The position numbers and the translations under genes were made by a program. From a virus (taxonomy: Duplodnaviria; Caudoviricetes), in IMG/VR virus record IMGVR_UViG_3300025892_000008: a stretch of 64,000 nucleotides of DNA. One strand, 5' to 3'. This document shows, piece after piece, positions 28,528 through 38,706 of the stretch; the first letter of the stretch is position 1; every line of letters starts with the position of its first letter. Under the pieces are notes generated by a model, which was given only the letters and a program-made list of their open reading frames with translations, had not been told where the DNA came from and made no database searches.

Positions 28528-31500
28528 CTAAAGATCCTCTTCTCTTCTTAAAAATAGTTGTTGTCCTACTAACGTTCCGCTAATATTTGCATCAGATCCT
28601 CTAAACGCTACAGGTCCTGGGAACAATACTTCGAGGCTAGCAACGTTGTCAATTAGATTAGGTCCTACCTTAATAGTACCAGCAATAAAGCTCGCTGTTA
28701 GTAGATCAGATCCACCAACATTTAATCTATTTTGTAAGTATGCTTTAATTGCTCTTTGTGTTGGTACAACATTATTACTATCTTGTGTAAATGCAGGATC
28801 TGTTGAAAATTCTCTAACAACTGCTCCTGAACCACCTAGTCTAACACCACCAAGTGCTAGTTCAGTTAATCCACCTAGATCAAAGAAGTCAGCACTAATA
28901 GTTACAATACCTGTTGCCTGTTCAACAGCAAATAATTCTCCACATCTAAAGTTACCGTTTTGGTCTGTTGATGTATAGAATACACGTCCACCGTTAAGTT
29001 CTACAACTTCATTTTCTGGTGCACCTGTATAAATTCCTGTTGAATAAAGTACAGGATAGTTTGTTTGTACTGCGTTTCCTGTTCCTACGTCAAGGAAGTC
29101 GTGTCCAGTAATCCTAACCTGTGAATATCTTTCTCTAATTTCTACTTGTGACGTATGTTCTAAGAAATCACTTAGTGTTAGTTTAGGAGTTATTCTAAAT
29201 AATACTGTTTGGCTTCCGTTACTATCAGTGTTTTCAAGTGTTGAAGTTTGAGTAGTATAAAATTCTGTTGCACCACGGAATCTTAACTGTGTTCCAGGAC
29301 CTGGTACTGGACCAATTATTCCTGAAATAGTTACAAACTGTCCTTTTGGTATAACATCTGCAAAACCATCTCCTAATACGCTTACCTGTGTGCTTGAAGT
29401 TCTATAACCTGCGCCTCTGTTTACCCAACTAGGTTGGCCAAGTACAGCATCGCCCATTCTTATTTCAACATATGCATCAATTGTATTACCAGGATCAGTA
29501 ATTGTAAGTGTTGGTTGACTATCGTTGTATCCGCTACCTACGTCCCACATTCTTACTTCAGAAATATTTCTGCTTTCAACAATAATTCTTCCTTTTGCTC
29601 TTGATCCTGTTAAAATTTTATTACCAGTAGCAACATCTTTAGCAACTGCAATCCATGTGCCTGTGCTGTTTGATTGTGTAGTTGAGTCACCAGTTGAAAT
29701 ATCAGGATTTCCAAAACCTATTCCTGTCCAATTAGATGTTTGTGTTAATGTTCTCTCTGTCCATGTTACTCCATCTTCTGATGATGCAGCATAATTAGAA
29801 GTAGCATCTACAGGGTCGTCTCCACCAATAGTACGTTGATCAGTATCACCAATTGCAATGAAAACACCTTGTCCGTATCTAACCATTTTCCAGTCATGTG
29901 CTGTTGAACCATCTTGTGTTGGCATTACAGATCCATACCATATCGTTCCGTCGAAACTGTATGCAATTTCGCCAGTTCCTGATATAGTAACAAATCTGTT
30001 ATTACCATATGTGATTGTTTTCCAATCCTTAGTTGATGAATCATCAATCACGTCCATAATTTCTGGATTCCATGTCCAAGCATCTGTAACTGAATTATAT
30101 TCGCCTACTGCTACAAAGTTACCACTGTTTGCAACTGCTACAAATCTTCCTGCACCATAAGCAACATCAACCCATTCGTTAAATGTTGAATCACCTATGT
30201 CAGGTAATGTAGTTGCTTTCCAAGTTTGACCGCCGTCTGTACTATATACACCTGCATCAGTATTTGCTGCAACTGCTAGGAATACTCCGTTGCCGGTGCC
30301 GTTAGATGATTTACCATATACAACTGAATTCCAATTTCTATCATAAGGCAAACTAACAGAAGTCCAACTAGTTCCATTTGTACTGTATGCTGCAAAACTA
30401 GTACCTCTAGATAATGTAACAAAAGCATTTCCGCCTGCTGCAACACATTTCCAATTTCCAGACAGTGGAAGTGTTCCTACTGTCCAAGTTTCGCCATCGG
30501 AACTGTATGTAAAATCTGCTCCAGCGGTTGGTGTTACTACAAATTTTCCACTATCTGCTGTTCCTGTATGTTCCCATCTTACTAATGTATTTGTACTATC
30601 TTCAGAAACTTCTAATACAGTAATAACTAAATCATGTTCACCGGCTGTTCCGCCCAGTGCAGCGCCGTCGATAGTAATTTCTTGGCCAACTTCGTATCCT
30701 GACCCTACTTCAACATTTGTTATTGTATATTTTCTTGCAACTTTTGTAACATTCCATGTTGCTTCTGCAATAGGTGTACCTGTTCCGCCTGTTGTTGTTC
30801 CTTGAACAGCACTAAAAGATGCTGTAGTTTCTCCATATGCAACATTTGCCCATGCGTTAGTAGCACCCATGTTAATATCGCCTACTGTAAACCCTGGATG
30901 GCTAAATGTTGGTCTTGGTTCTAATCTGTAAGTATTGTCTGTGAACAATGATGTTTGTGCTGGTGTTCCTGGAATAACATGATCCCAGCCTGCAACGTCA
31001 TCTGATTCTCTTGACACATTACAAACTTTTGAAGTAGGATTATAAGAAGTTACGTAACCGTACTGCCCAGCACCTTTTCCGCTTGTAATAATTAATCTTA
31101 AACCTAGTATTTCTGCTTCTGTACTATCATCATTAGTTGCTAGTGTTAGTGATGTTGTTGTTCCTGTCTGTGCATTGTTACCTTTGTTAGTATAACCGCC
31201 AGCACCTACAGTTCCGCCTGGATCTGTTGGAGCATTTTTTACTAATGCTTCAAAAACTGCATCATCGCGGAAATCTTCTTGTTTAACTTGTGCATTAACA
31301 CCAGACCCAACAAATGTGTAATCAGCCTGGGTATAATTTTCGCCTGCGTTTGTATATTCAAGTATTAGTATTTCGTCATTTACTTCTCCAGCAAACGCTG
31401 ATGCAACTATTGCTTGTCCTGTTCTGTTGTCAACTTCTGCAAATGCAGGTGTTTCTGTAGGATCGTTACCATCTGAAACTGCACCAAAGTCACCATATGA

Positions 31501-34191
31501 ACTGTTACCGTTAGTAGCACGAATAACTCCGCCTTTCTCTGCAAACATACCAATCTGATTGTAGTATGTAAACACTGATACTAGTTCTCCTCTACCATTG
31601 TTTAACACCCATGCACCTATACCATCACTGATAACCTGTGTAAAGTCATTTGATGTAATTGATTTGTTTCCGCCGTTATGTAATGCACCATCAATTTTCT
31701 GTCCTATACAATTTGCTCCAAATGTTGTACAGTTTTGTATGTATGGTGAACGCTTCATAATCCAACATCTTGTATCGGCCGGACCCCAACCTGGATCAAG
31801 TGAAATATATGCACCGCCGGTTGGTCTTTTATATAATTCAAAAACTTCTGGTGGATTAAGTGTTCCTGATAAGTTTTTAAGTGTAAAATCTTTTATGCCT
31901 GTAGCATTTCTAACATAAAACATGTCTTCAGTGTCAGACCCGTTAACTTTATTTTTATAATATCTTGCAGCCTGAAAAGAAGCATAATTTCCAACGTAAG
32001 TAGTATCGTATATAAAAGCGTCTATATATCTATTCAGCATATCTGTTAATACTGCTTCATCAAAAGTGTAAGTTGGCTGCGTTACTTTCATAAACGCAAT
32101 TACTTCAGCAATTACAAAAAGTCTATTTGCTTCGAATATTCGTCTAGCATTTTCGACAGCATAATCTTGTGCGATCGCTTCAGTCCCAACATGATCAGTT
32201 CTAGTATTTGAACCAGTTATAACTGGATTGCTGCCTACACTTGAAAGGTAATAATCTAAATAAGGTACAACGTCGTCAACAATCAAATCTTGTATCTGTG
32301 TACCTATAGTGGTATCTATATAAGGAGTTTGGAAAAGCTCTGGGCCATATAATCCATTCTCATCAGGACCAAATTCATATTGCGGTGGAACATAAGGAAC
32401 TGTTTGAAATACTATATTAGTAGTTACTTGAGATACAGTGTTTCCTACACTCGGTGAAACTGTTGTTCTTTGAATAACTGCCTCAACTATATCTGAAATT
32501 CTATCTAATGCAATTTTATGGAAAGGTAAATCAGTTGCTAATGATGCATCTGGCTTACATGGTCTAACTGTAGTTGTTCTAAGTTCTGCTCCATTAATTG
32601 CAGTACCTTCCGGTACTACGATAGGTAATACTTCATCATATGTTCCTGCATTTACTCTAATTATAGTTTCGTTGGTATCGGCTCTGCCTGCTACTCTTTC
32701 AGCAGCGTATCTAATAGTTTTGTAAGGTTTTTCTGGATTTATTCCTCTATTAGCATTTAAATCATCTATACCATCATTGCTAACATATATAAGTTTTTGA
32801 ACATTACCATAGGTTTTATATTCTATACTGTCACTAGTGTTAACAGCAACTAATTGACCTTCTGTTCCAATTGGTAAAGAAGTTGCTCCAAATGTTGAAC
32901 CGTCTCCTACTAATCCGCGTGTTAAATCAAAAGTTAATAAATCACCTTGAACACTTAATCCTACACCTTCGCCTGCTAGAGATAGAATATCCCAGTATGA
33001 AAATCCACTACCGTTATCTCCTGGAAAGTTTTCGCTACTAGAAGTGTGTGCAACATTACAAGTATATGCTGTACCTCTATATAGTGCAATATCACCAATT
33101 TCAAATTGACTACCTGATGTCCAAGCATTTCTCCATGCTTGACCTGGCAAAACAATTTCCCAGTTACTGTCATCTAAATAATCTAAAGAACTACCGTCAT
33201 CAGTTATTGCTGTATCTAAAATTGCTACATAAACATATCCGCCTCTACGAACAACGTCTCCTGTTTTATAACTCTGTCCTACTGCCCAATCGCCTACTAG
33301 ATTTATACCTTTTGCTAATAATTTCCATTCGTCATTTGGTACACTTCTATCAGGTGTAGCATATAAACTTGTTGTAGGATTTATATCATTGTTATTTTTA
33401 TTTGCAATAAAGATATGTCCACCGTGTCTGACAACATCGCCAACAGCATACATAACATCATCTGCCCATGTTTGGTAAAAATTATTACCTGGCAATTCTG
33501 TAACAAAGTATGTGCTATCTATAGTTGAGGCACTAGTATGCCCAATAGTACATCTTAATAAACTTCCACCATACTTCATTAAATCATTTGGTCTGTATCG
33601 TGTTGCGGCAGTAAATGTTCCTACGTATTGAATTCCTTCATTTACAATTTCCCATAATTCTTTTGTACTATCATCTAGTCCGTCACTGTTTCCAATTTCA
33701 GCACCTTGTGCAACTGAGCCTGAAGTATGTTCTGCGATACATTTATAAACAAATCCGTTGTATCTTACAACATCACCTATTCCGTATCTTGTTGCTGCTG
33801 CCCAATCGGCTGTCCAGGCATAAAGCGATACATATTCTGCTACCTTATCAGCATTTGTAATAAAATTTGTGTCTGATGTATGACTAGTTGCTACTAGATA
33901 AACTACACCGCCGTATAATACTAAGTCTCCAGAAGCATAAAGTGTACTACCTGCCCAATTACCTCTCCAGTAATATCCGTCGGTCATCTTTAACCAAGCA
34001 ACTGTAGGAGCAGTATCTCCTGGGTTTGCTAAGTAGTCTTGATCTGTTTGGAAGGCTGAAGATGTATGTTGTCTAACACATACATATGTTGAACCGCCAT
34101 ATCGAACAACATCATCTTTGTTATAAGATGTTGACGTATTCCAAATATTTCTCCAGGTATACCTAAGTCTGCTTATTTTAAATTCTGCCAT
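28528..34191 (-). CDS. Giant fibre/spike virion protein (1887 aa), paralogue of 20738-28477
   Basis: Same start MAEFK(L/I).R.R, seven CBM-like repeats, SPY.QN motif, Asp-box repeats and VPTQRAIK.Y C-terminus. Confidence 0.75.
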   Translation of the reverse strand: MAEFKISRLRYTWRNIWNTSTSYNKDDVVRYGGSTYVCVRQHTSSAFQTDQDYLANPGDTAPTVAWLKMTDGYYWRGNWAGSTLYASGDLVLYGGVVYLVATSHTSDTNFITNADKVAEYVSLYAWTADWAAATRYGIGDVVRYNGFVYKCIAEHTSGSVAQGAEIGNSDGLDDSTKELWEIVNEGIQYVGTFTAATRYRPNDLMKYGGSLLRCTIGHTSASTIDSTYFVTELPGNNFYQTWADDVMYAVGDVVRHGGHIFIANKNNNDINPTTSLYATPDRSVPNDEWKLLAKGINLVGDWAVGQSYKTGDVVRRGGYVYVAILDTAITDDGSSLDYLDDSNWEIVLPGQAWRNAWTSGSQFEIGDIALYRGTAYTCNVAHTSSSENFPGDNGSGFSYWDILSLAGEGVGLSVQGDLLTFDLTRGLVGDGSTFGATSLPIGTEGQLVAVNTSDSIEYKTYGNVQKLIYVSNDGIDDLNANRGINPEKPYKTIRYAAERVAGRADTNETIIRVNAGTYDEVLPIVVPEGTAINGAELRTTTVRPCKPDASLATDLPFHKIALDRISDIVEAVIQRTTVSPSVGNTVSQVTTNIVFQTVPYVPPQYEFGPDENGLYGPELFQTPYIDTTIGTQIQDLIVDDVVPYLDYYLSSVGSNPVITGSNTRTDHVGTEAIAQDYAVENARRIFEANRLFVIAEVIAFMKVTQPTYTFDEAVLTDMLNRYIDAFIYDTTYVGNYASFQAARYYKNKVNGSDTEDMFYVRNATGIKDFTLKNLSGTLNPPEVFELYKRPTGGAYISLDPGWGPADTRCWIMKRSPYIQNCTTFGANCIGQKIDGALHNGGNKSITSNDFTQVISDGIGAWVLNNGRGELVSVFTYYNQIGMFAEKGGVIRATNGNSSYGDFGAVSDGNDPTETPAFAEVDNRTGQAIVASAFAGEVNDEILILEYTNAGENYTQADYTFVGSGVNAQVKQEDFRDDAVFEALVKNAPTDPGGTVGAGGYTNKGNNAQTGTTTSLTLATNDDSTEAEILGLRLIITSGKGAGQYGYVTSYNPTSKVCNVSRESDDVAGWDHVIPGTPAQTSLFTDNTYRLEPRPTFSHPGFTVGDINMGATNAWANVAYGETTASFSAVQGTTTGGTGTPIAEATWNVTKVARKYTITNVEVGSGYEVGQEITIDGAALGGTAGEHDLVITVLEVSEDSTNTLVRWEHTGTADSGKFVVTPTAGADFTYSSDGETWTVGTLPLSGNWKCVAAGGNAFVTLSRGTSFAAYSTNGTSWTSVSLPYDRNWNSVVYGKSSNGTGNGVFLAVAANTDAGVYSTDGGQTWKATTLPDIGDSTFNEWVDVAYGAGRFVAVANSGNFVAVGEYNSVTDAWTWNPEIMDVIDDSSTKDWKTITYGNNRFVTISGTGEIAYSFDGTIWYGSVMPTQDGSTAHDWKMVRYGQGVFIAIGDTDQRTIGGDDPVDATSNYAASSEDGVTWTERTLTQTSNWTGIGFGNPDISTGDSTTQSNSTGTWIAVAKDVATGNKILTGSRAKGRIIVESRNISEVRMWDVGSGYNDSQPTLTITDPGNTIDAYVEIRMGDAVLGQPSWVNRGAGYRTSSTQVSVLGDGFADVIPKGQFVTISGIIGPVPGPGTQLRFRGATEFYTTQTSTLENTDSNGSQTVLFRITPKLTLSDFLEHTSQVEIRERYSQVRITGHDFLDVGTGNAVQTNYPVLYSTGIYTGAPENEVVELNGGRVFYTSTDQNGNFRCGELFAVEQATGIVTISADFFDLGGLTELALGGVRLGGSGAVVREFSTDPAFTQDSNNVVPTQRAIKAYLQNRLNVGGSDLLTASFIAGTIKVGPNLIDNVASLEVLFPGPVAFRGSDANISGTLVGQQLFLRREEDL

Positions 34192-34202
34192 TTTCTATCC
34201 TA

Positions 34203-34565
34203 TTAGCTCGATGTACCTTGCGGGTATTGATAATTTTGATTAATTCTTTGTACTAGCATTCCTTCGCTATCTACATAATACAAAATACTTCTTTGATCCC
34301 AACGATATTGTGACCATCTTAAATTTTCATAATTAGTTTCGTGATTGGCTGCTATACCGTCAAAGTAATCAATGCCAGGTTCGAAATCTTCAAATGTCTG
34401 TTCTGGTACTCCAGGATAATTTAAGTCTACAGTGTCCTTGTCTACTAAGTTATCAATTCGACGTAAAAATATTTCGCCATCGTCGTTTCGTCTAACCATA
34501 TATAGATAACGAGGACTATCGCCTAGTGCATTATCTGGACTTTGACCAAAGTAATATGTACTCAT
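34203..34565 (-). CDS. Hypothetical protein in the tail operon (120 aa)
   Basis: Tightly packed ORF; no recognisable motif. Confidence 0.6.
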   Translation of the reverse strand: MSTYYFGQSPDNALGDSPRYLYMVRRNDDGEIFLRRIDNLVDKDTVDLNYPGVPEQTFEDFEPGIDYFDGIAANHETNYENLRWSQYRWDQRSILYYVDSEGMLVQRINQNYQYPQGTSS

Positions 34566-34897
34566 TATGATATCTCCACGTAACTGATACTAGCGTCAAT
34601 ACAATCGTCTGTATCACATTCTAATCTTAATCCTGCTGTTTCAGGAAGTATTAATCTTTCACCGTTGGTAATAACTTTTGCACTAGATCCTGGGGGTATT
34701 GGAATTTGTCTAGCATAGTTTGCAACGGTAGATGACTCATCTATTACGTAAACATTCACTACAGCCATATCATAGTCTGATGTGTTTGCTAAGTTCAAAC
34801 CTACTATTGTTGCTCTTACACCTGAGATAATCTGTAATATATCTACAGGAGTTTTTCCTACTCCAGTTACTACTTCGTTTTTAAATACTGTTGGCAT
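34565..34897 (-). CDS. Small beta-rich virion protein (paralogue family A)
   Basis: 110 aa; GLNLANT...V.V.VID...IP.......LIL pattern. Confidence 0.55.
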   Translation of the reverse strand: MPTVFKNEVVTGVGKTPVDILQIISGVRATIVGLNLANTSDYDMAVVNVYVIDESSTVANYARQIPIPPGSSAKVITNGERLILPETAGLRLECDTDDCIDASISYVEIS

Positions 34898-34901
34898 CCT
34901 A

Positions 34902-35969
34902 TTATCCTAACATTAGTGCAAACGATGCTGAAATATCATTTGCTAAAATTTCTGATACAGCACCTGAAGCACCTGCAGGTGATGCCCATGACGTCCCTGC
35001 CCAAACTTCTAATGCGTTTGTATCTGTGTTAAATCTTGTCATACCTATTACTGCGTATGTACTTGGTCTTTGTGCTGTGTTACCTCTGGGAGGAACAAAG
35101 CCGTTTGTACCTGCAATTTTAAAATATCCGTTACCAGTTTGTGCAATTTGTGTAATAGCATTTGGTTCAACGTTTGTAATAACATTTCCGGTAATTTTTA
35201 AATTTCCTAATCTTACACCACCAGTACCATTAGCATCAATGTGTAAGTCTTGATTTGTTGTTGTTGTAATCTGGTTATCGCGAAATATTAAGTTACCTAC
35301 ATCTAATGTAGACAATGTAAGCAGGTCTGCATTCAAGTTATTGACATGTAAATTTTTCCATCTAAATGCTGCACTACCTAAATCAAATGTGTTGTCTTGT
35401 TCAGGTATAAGGTTACTTTTAATCGCAGCATTAATTTGTATTGAATCTGTAAGTGCGTCACCAATTGTAATATTGCCGCCTATTGTAACATTGCCGTCTA
35501 CATTTACATTGCCGCTAACATATAAGTCACCGTCTATGTTTGTTGATGCAAATACTTCTAGTGTTCCTGTTCCGTTTGGTCTAAATTCTAATGTTGCATT
35601 TGAATTAGTTGTTGAAATTGTATTACCTTCAATTTGTAAATCATCTACGTTTACTACTGAATGATAAATTACTGGATCTGAACCAGCAGGCGCAAAGTTA
35701 ATTGTGTCTAAATCGCTTGAAATTGTATTGCCAGTAATATTTAAATTACCAACATCAATGTCGTTTTCAACTCTTAGTGTTGTTGTTCTTGTTGTACCTG
35801 TTACGTGTAAATCGGTTGTAGGCGCTGAATTGTTGACACCAATGCGAGCATTGTTTACATCAACATACAAAATATCAGGGTCTGTTGCTCCATTTCTAAA
35901 AGTTAAATCCACGCCGTTACGCACTAGATTTGCTTTTAAGAGCGGCCCACTTATACGACCAATCGCCAT
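34902..35969 (-). CDS. Fibre/baseplate-associated structural protein; probable true start MAIGRISGPLL at 35969
   Basis: AAGGAG RBS precedes ATG 35969 (the track's 36005 start falls inside a structured leader); PRGNTAQRP...GM.RFNT motif; C-terminal LMLG. Confidence 0.65.
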   Translation of the reverse strand: MAIGRISGPLLKANLVRNGVDLTFRNGATDPDILYVDVNNARIGVNNSAPTTDLHVTGTTRTTTLRVENDIDVGNLNITGNTISSDLDTINFAPAGSDPVIYHSVVNVDDLQIEGNTISTTNSNATLEFRPNGTGTLEVFASTNIDGDLYVSGNVNVDGNVTIGGNITIGDALTDSIQINAAIKSNLIPEQDNTFDLGSAAFRWKNLHVNNLNADLLTLSTLDVGNLIFRDNQITTTTNQDLHIDANGTGGVRLGNLKITGNVITNVEPNAITQIAQTGNGYFKIAGTNGFVPPRGNTAQRPSTYAVIGMTRFNTDTNALEVWAGTSWASPAGASGAVSEILANDISASFALMLG

Positions 35970-36065
35970 TTGCTCTCCTTTTACACGGGGATCCTGTCCC
36001 TCCAACTACCTTACATTGCGAGTTGACCACAGTAAAAAGTTAACGCCGGTCCTCGTTAACAATAG
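35970..36065 (-). ncRNA. Structured 5' leader (candidate cis-regulatory RNA)
   Basis: After CTAAATA (36066-36072): GTTAACG/CGTTAAC hairpin, CAACT/AGTTG, GGG-ACAGGAT-CCC, and TTTTAC/GTAAAA closing onto the RBS. Confidence 0.5.
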
Positions 36066-36085
36066 TATTTAGCAAAAAGGAAAAA

Positions 36086-37759
36086 TTACCCAAGCATAAG
36101 GCTATATACGTCACTAAGATCTTCCATAAGAGGAACGTCTACTTCAGCACCACCACCAGTTGATAATTGATATCCTTCGTCGGTTTGTGCGCCTACAGTT
36201 AGTATAATATCGTTAGCAGGTGTTGAGCCACCTGTAAGAGAACTTCCTAGAATTGTAATTAAATCACCGGTAATATAACCTTGCCCTACTGTGGTAATTG
36301 TTATAGTAGTTAATGCTCCAGATGCTATACTAATAGTAAATTCAGCATCAACTCCACTCCCGTTTGTTGTACCTGTAAGTCCTGCTGTTATTTGATTGGG
36401 TAATCCTGTAACAACTGCAATTCCTGTAACAGATTCTATTGTTCCTGCAAATACTTCTAAAATATTTCTATCGGTATTCCATCTACTATCACCAAGTTCA
36501 GGGCGTGCTGGTCTATCTGCATTACCAGCAGCAGGAACTAAAAATGTGTTAGTATCAGTAAATCGTAAATAACCTATTCCTGTACCAGCAAATGTCAATG
36601 GAGTTTCTGGATATTCTCTAGGTCCACCACCTATATCAGTAAGATTTGTTATTGCATCAGTAGCACCTGATACGGATATTGTTCCTGTAGGTGCAGGTCT
36701 TGATCCTGATCCGTCATAATTAAAGTTAACCGTATACGTTCCTGCACTATCGCTTCCTGTTGAAGTGCCAGTAATAATAGTTCCTGGTATAATACCTACT
36801 CCAGTTAACAACATTCCCGGTACAAATGTACCTACAATTGTTCCACTTATTGTAAGTGTGGACCCGCTTATACTGGCTGACGTACTTGTAGCAGTAATCT
36901 CGTTCCACTGAGTCCATTCAATTATATTGATACCTGTGTCAGGTGCAAGAACTAAATCATCGTTACTTTGTAACGAAAAGATTTCATTATTTACACCGTC
37001 TAACTTTTGCTGATCGCTTACTCTTATTTCTAATGGTAACGGAGTATCTACATTTACTAGATTATCTGTAATATAAGCATTGTTCCATCTTCTTACAGAA
37101 CTATCAACAAGTGTTCCTGTTCCTAAATCCCATGTGTTGTCATCACCCGGTATAATTGATTGAGAAAAGTCTGGTATAATCTCAACAACATCTCCTGAGC
37201 CGCCTCCCACATCAGGATTATATAATTCATCTCCAATAGTAAGGTCGCCAAGTTTTGTTAAGTTTCCATCCATAGTAATATTTCCAGTAACTCCTAAGGT
37301 ACCGTAAATATTTGAAGAAGCCGTAAATTCAACTGTTCCTGTCCCGCTTGGATCTAATTCTATAGTTTGATTAGATATGATTCCACTTATTGTATTATCA
37401 TTAAATTCTAAATCGTCTGAACGCATTCTTTGGAAGTTCATGTAACTTCCAGCAGTTTTTGTTGGTAAAATATGTAACGGGCCAACAACTGTTGAAAAAG
37501 TATTAGGTGCTTTAATTAAAACGTTATCTATTTTTGCTGTATCATCTACCTGAAGTCTAGTTGTTAAGGTATCAGTTCTTACATCAAGTGCAAAGTCAGA
37601 ATTAGGATCATCAGTTTTAATACCTACAGTAGAAGTTCCAACATCAAAAAATAATACTGGAGTAGCATCAAACGTTGTGTTTGAAATTTTAAGATCAATA
37701 TCGTCACGGTGTAGGTTTGCGTTTAGTAACGGACCAGTGATTCGCCCCAATTGTGACAT
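36086..37759 (-). CDS. Fibre/baseplate-associated structural protein, paralogue of 34902-35969
   Basis: MSQLGRITGPLL.ANL.R start, P.GN..RP...G..R.NT motif and C-terminal LMLG. Confidence 0.65.
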   Translation of the reverse strand: MSQLGRITGPLLNANLHRDDIDLKISNTTFDATPVLFFDVGTSTVGIKTDDPNSDFALDVRTDTLTTRLQVDDTAKIDNVLIKAPNTFSTVVGPLHILPTKTAGSYMNFQRMRSDDLEFNDNTISGIISNQTIELDPSGTGTVEFTASSNIYGTLGVTGNITMDGNLTKLGDLTIGDELYNPDVGGGSGDVVEIIPDFSQSIIPGDDNTWDLGTGTLVDSSVRRWNNAYITDNLVNVDTPLPLEIRVSDQQKLDGVNNEIFSLQSNDDLVLAPDTGINIIEWTQWNEITATSTSASISGSTLTISGTIVGTFVPGMLLTGVGIIPGTIITGTSTGSDSAGTYTVNFNYDGSGSRPAPTGTISVSGATDAITNLTDIGGGPREYPETPLTFAGTGIGYLRFTDTNTFLVPAAGNADRPARPELGDSRWNTDRNILEVFAGTIESVTGIAVVTGLPNQITAGLTGTTNGSGVDAEFTISIASGALTTITITTVGQGYITGDLITILGSSLTGGSTPANDIILTVGAQTDEGYQLSTGGGAEVDVPLMEDLSDVYSLMLG

Positions 37760-37769
37760 TTACTACCCC

Positions 37770-38318
37770 CTAGTTAGCAAAACCAGTAAACACTGTTACA
37801 TTCTTAGCAAGTGGAACTGGTGAGGTAAATTTTAAATACCATCCGTCAGCATATGGGCTGCCCGGTCCTGCAAGACTTCCGCCTGCACTCTGTTCTAATG
37901 TAAAGTTTGTTGTAGGTATCTGCATTACGTTTTCTACAAGCACAATAATATTGTTTGCACTTGCAGGAACTTTTGATAATGGACCAAACACTGTTTCTGT
38001 AGCGTCTCCAGGTCCTAGTGTTTCTATTGATACTGCTCCAACTGCTGGACCTCTTACAACTTGCCAAGCACCACCAACATATGCTTCTATTCCAATAGGC
38101 TGTCCAGTTACTGCATCATTATCAATGTTGTATCTTATATAACCGTTACCATCAATTGGATGCCTAACACCTGTCAATTGTGGTCTCTGTGCAGTTGTTC
38201 CTTTTGGAATCATTACAGCACCGTTAAAATCCATTACGCCTCTACCATAAGAATTTACTCTAACAGTATTATCGTTAGGACTATATTTTGATACGTATTG
38301 TGATTTTAAAAATCTCAT
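37770..38318 (-). CDS. Structural protein with IPKGTTAQRP motif
   Basis: P.G.TAQRP...G.IRYN...E.Y.G..W motif common in myovirus tail/baseplate proteins. Confidence 0.55.
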   Translation of the reverse strand: MRFLKSQYVSKYSPNDNTVRVNSYGRGVMDFNGAVMIPKGTTAQRPQLTGVRHPIDGNGYIRYNIDNDAVTGQPIGIEAYVGGAWQVVRGPAVGAVSIETLGPGDATETVFGPLSKVPASANNIIVLVENVMQIPTTNFTLEQSAGGSLAGPGSPYADGWYLKFTSPVPLAKNVTVFTGFAN

Positions 38319-38328
38319 CTATTCATCC

Positions 38329-38697
38329 TTATACAGGTAATGAACTTACGGTAACTGTGATTAGATTTGCATCTGCCGCCTTTACCCATACTTCATCGCC
38401 GCCGTCTAATATAATTTTCTCATCGCTAAAAAATACAGTTTCACCTGCAGGAACAGTTACACTTGATACTATTTTATTTGCGTCAACAGGTGCATCACCT
38501 AGTTTTACTAGATATAAATCAACTTCAGTTCTGTTAATTGATTCGTCTGTAATAGTAACTGCGCCTGTATTACAAAGTATAATGTTTGTTACAGCCCTAT
38601 TTTGTGCTGTGACTGCACCGCCAAGAGCGGCACCTGTAGTTGATGCTGTAAAAACTTTTGTGTCACTTGTAGTAGTTAATTGTTGGTTATTAATCAT
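38329..38697 (-). CDS. Small beta-rich virion protein (paralogue family A)
   Basis: 122 aa; IILCNT...VDLYLV...VPAGET...EKIIL..GD pattern. Confidence 0.55.
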   Translation of the reverse strand: MINNQQLTTTSDTKVFTASTTGAALGGAVTAQNRAVTNIILCNTGAVTITDESINRTEVDLYLVKLGDAPVDANKIVSSVTVPAGETVFFSDEKIILDGGDEVWVKAADANLITVTVSSLPV

Positions 38698-38706
38698 TTG
38701 TTTTTC

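Noticed and set aside
35970-36005. Track start MEGQDPRVKGEQ for the 367-aa ORF
   Set aside because: It lies in the folded leader; the RBS and the paralogue's N-terminus support ATG 35969.
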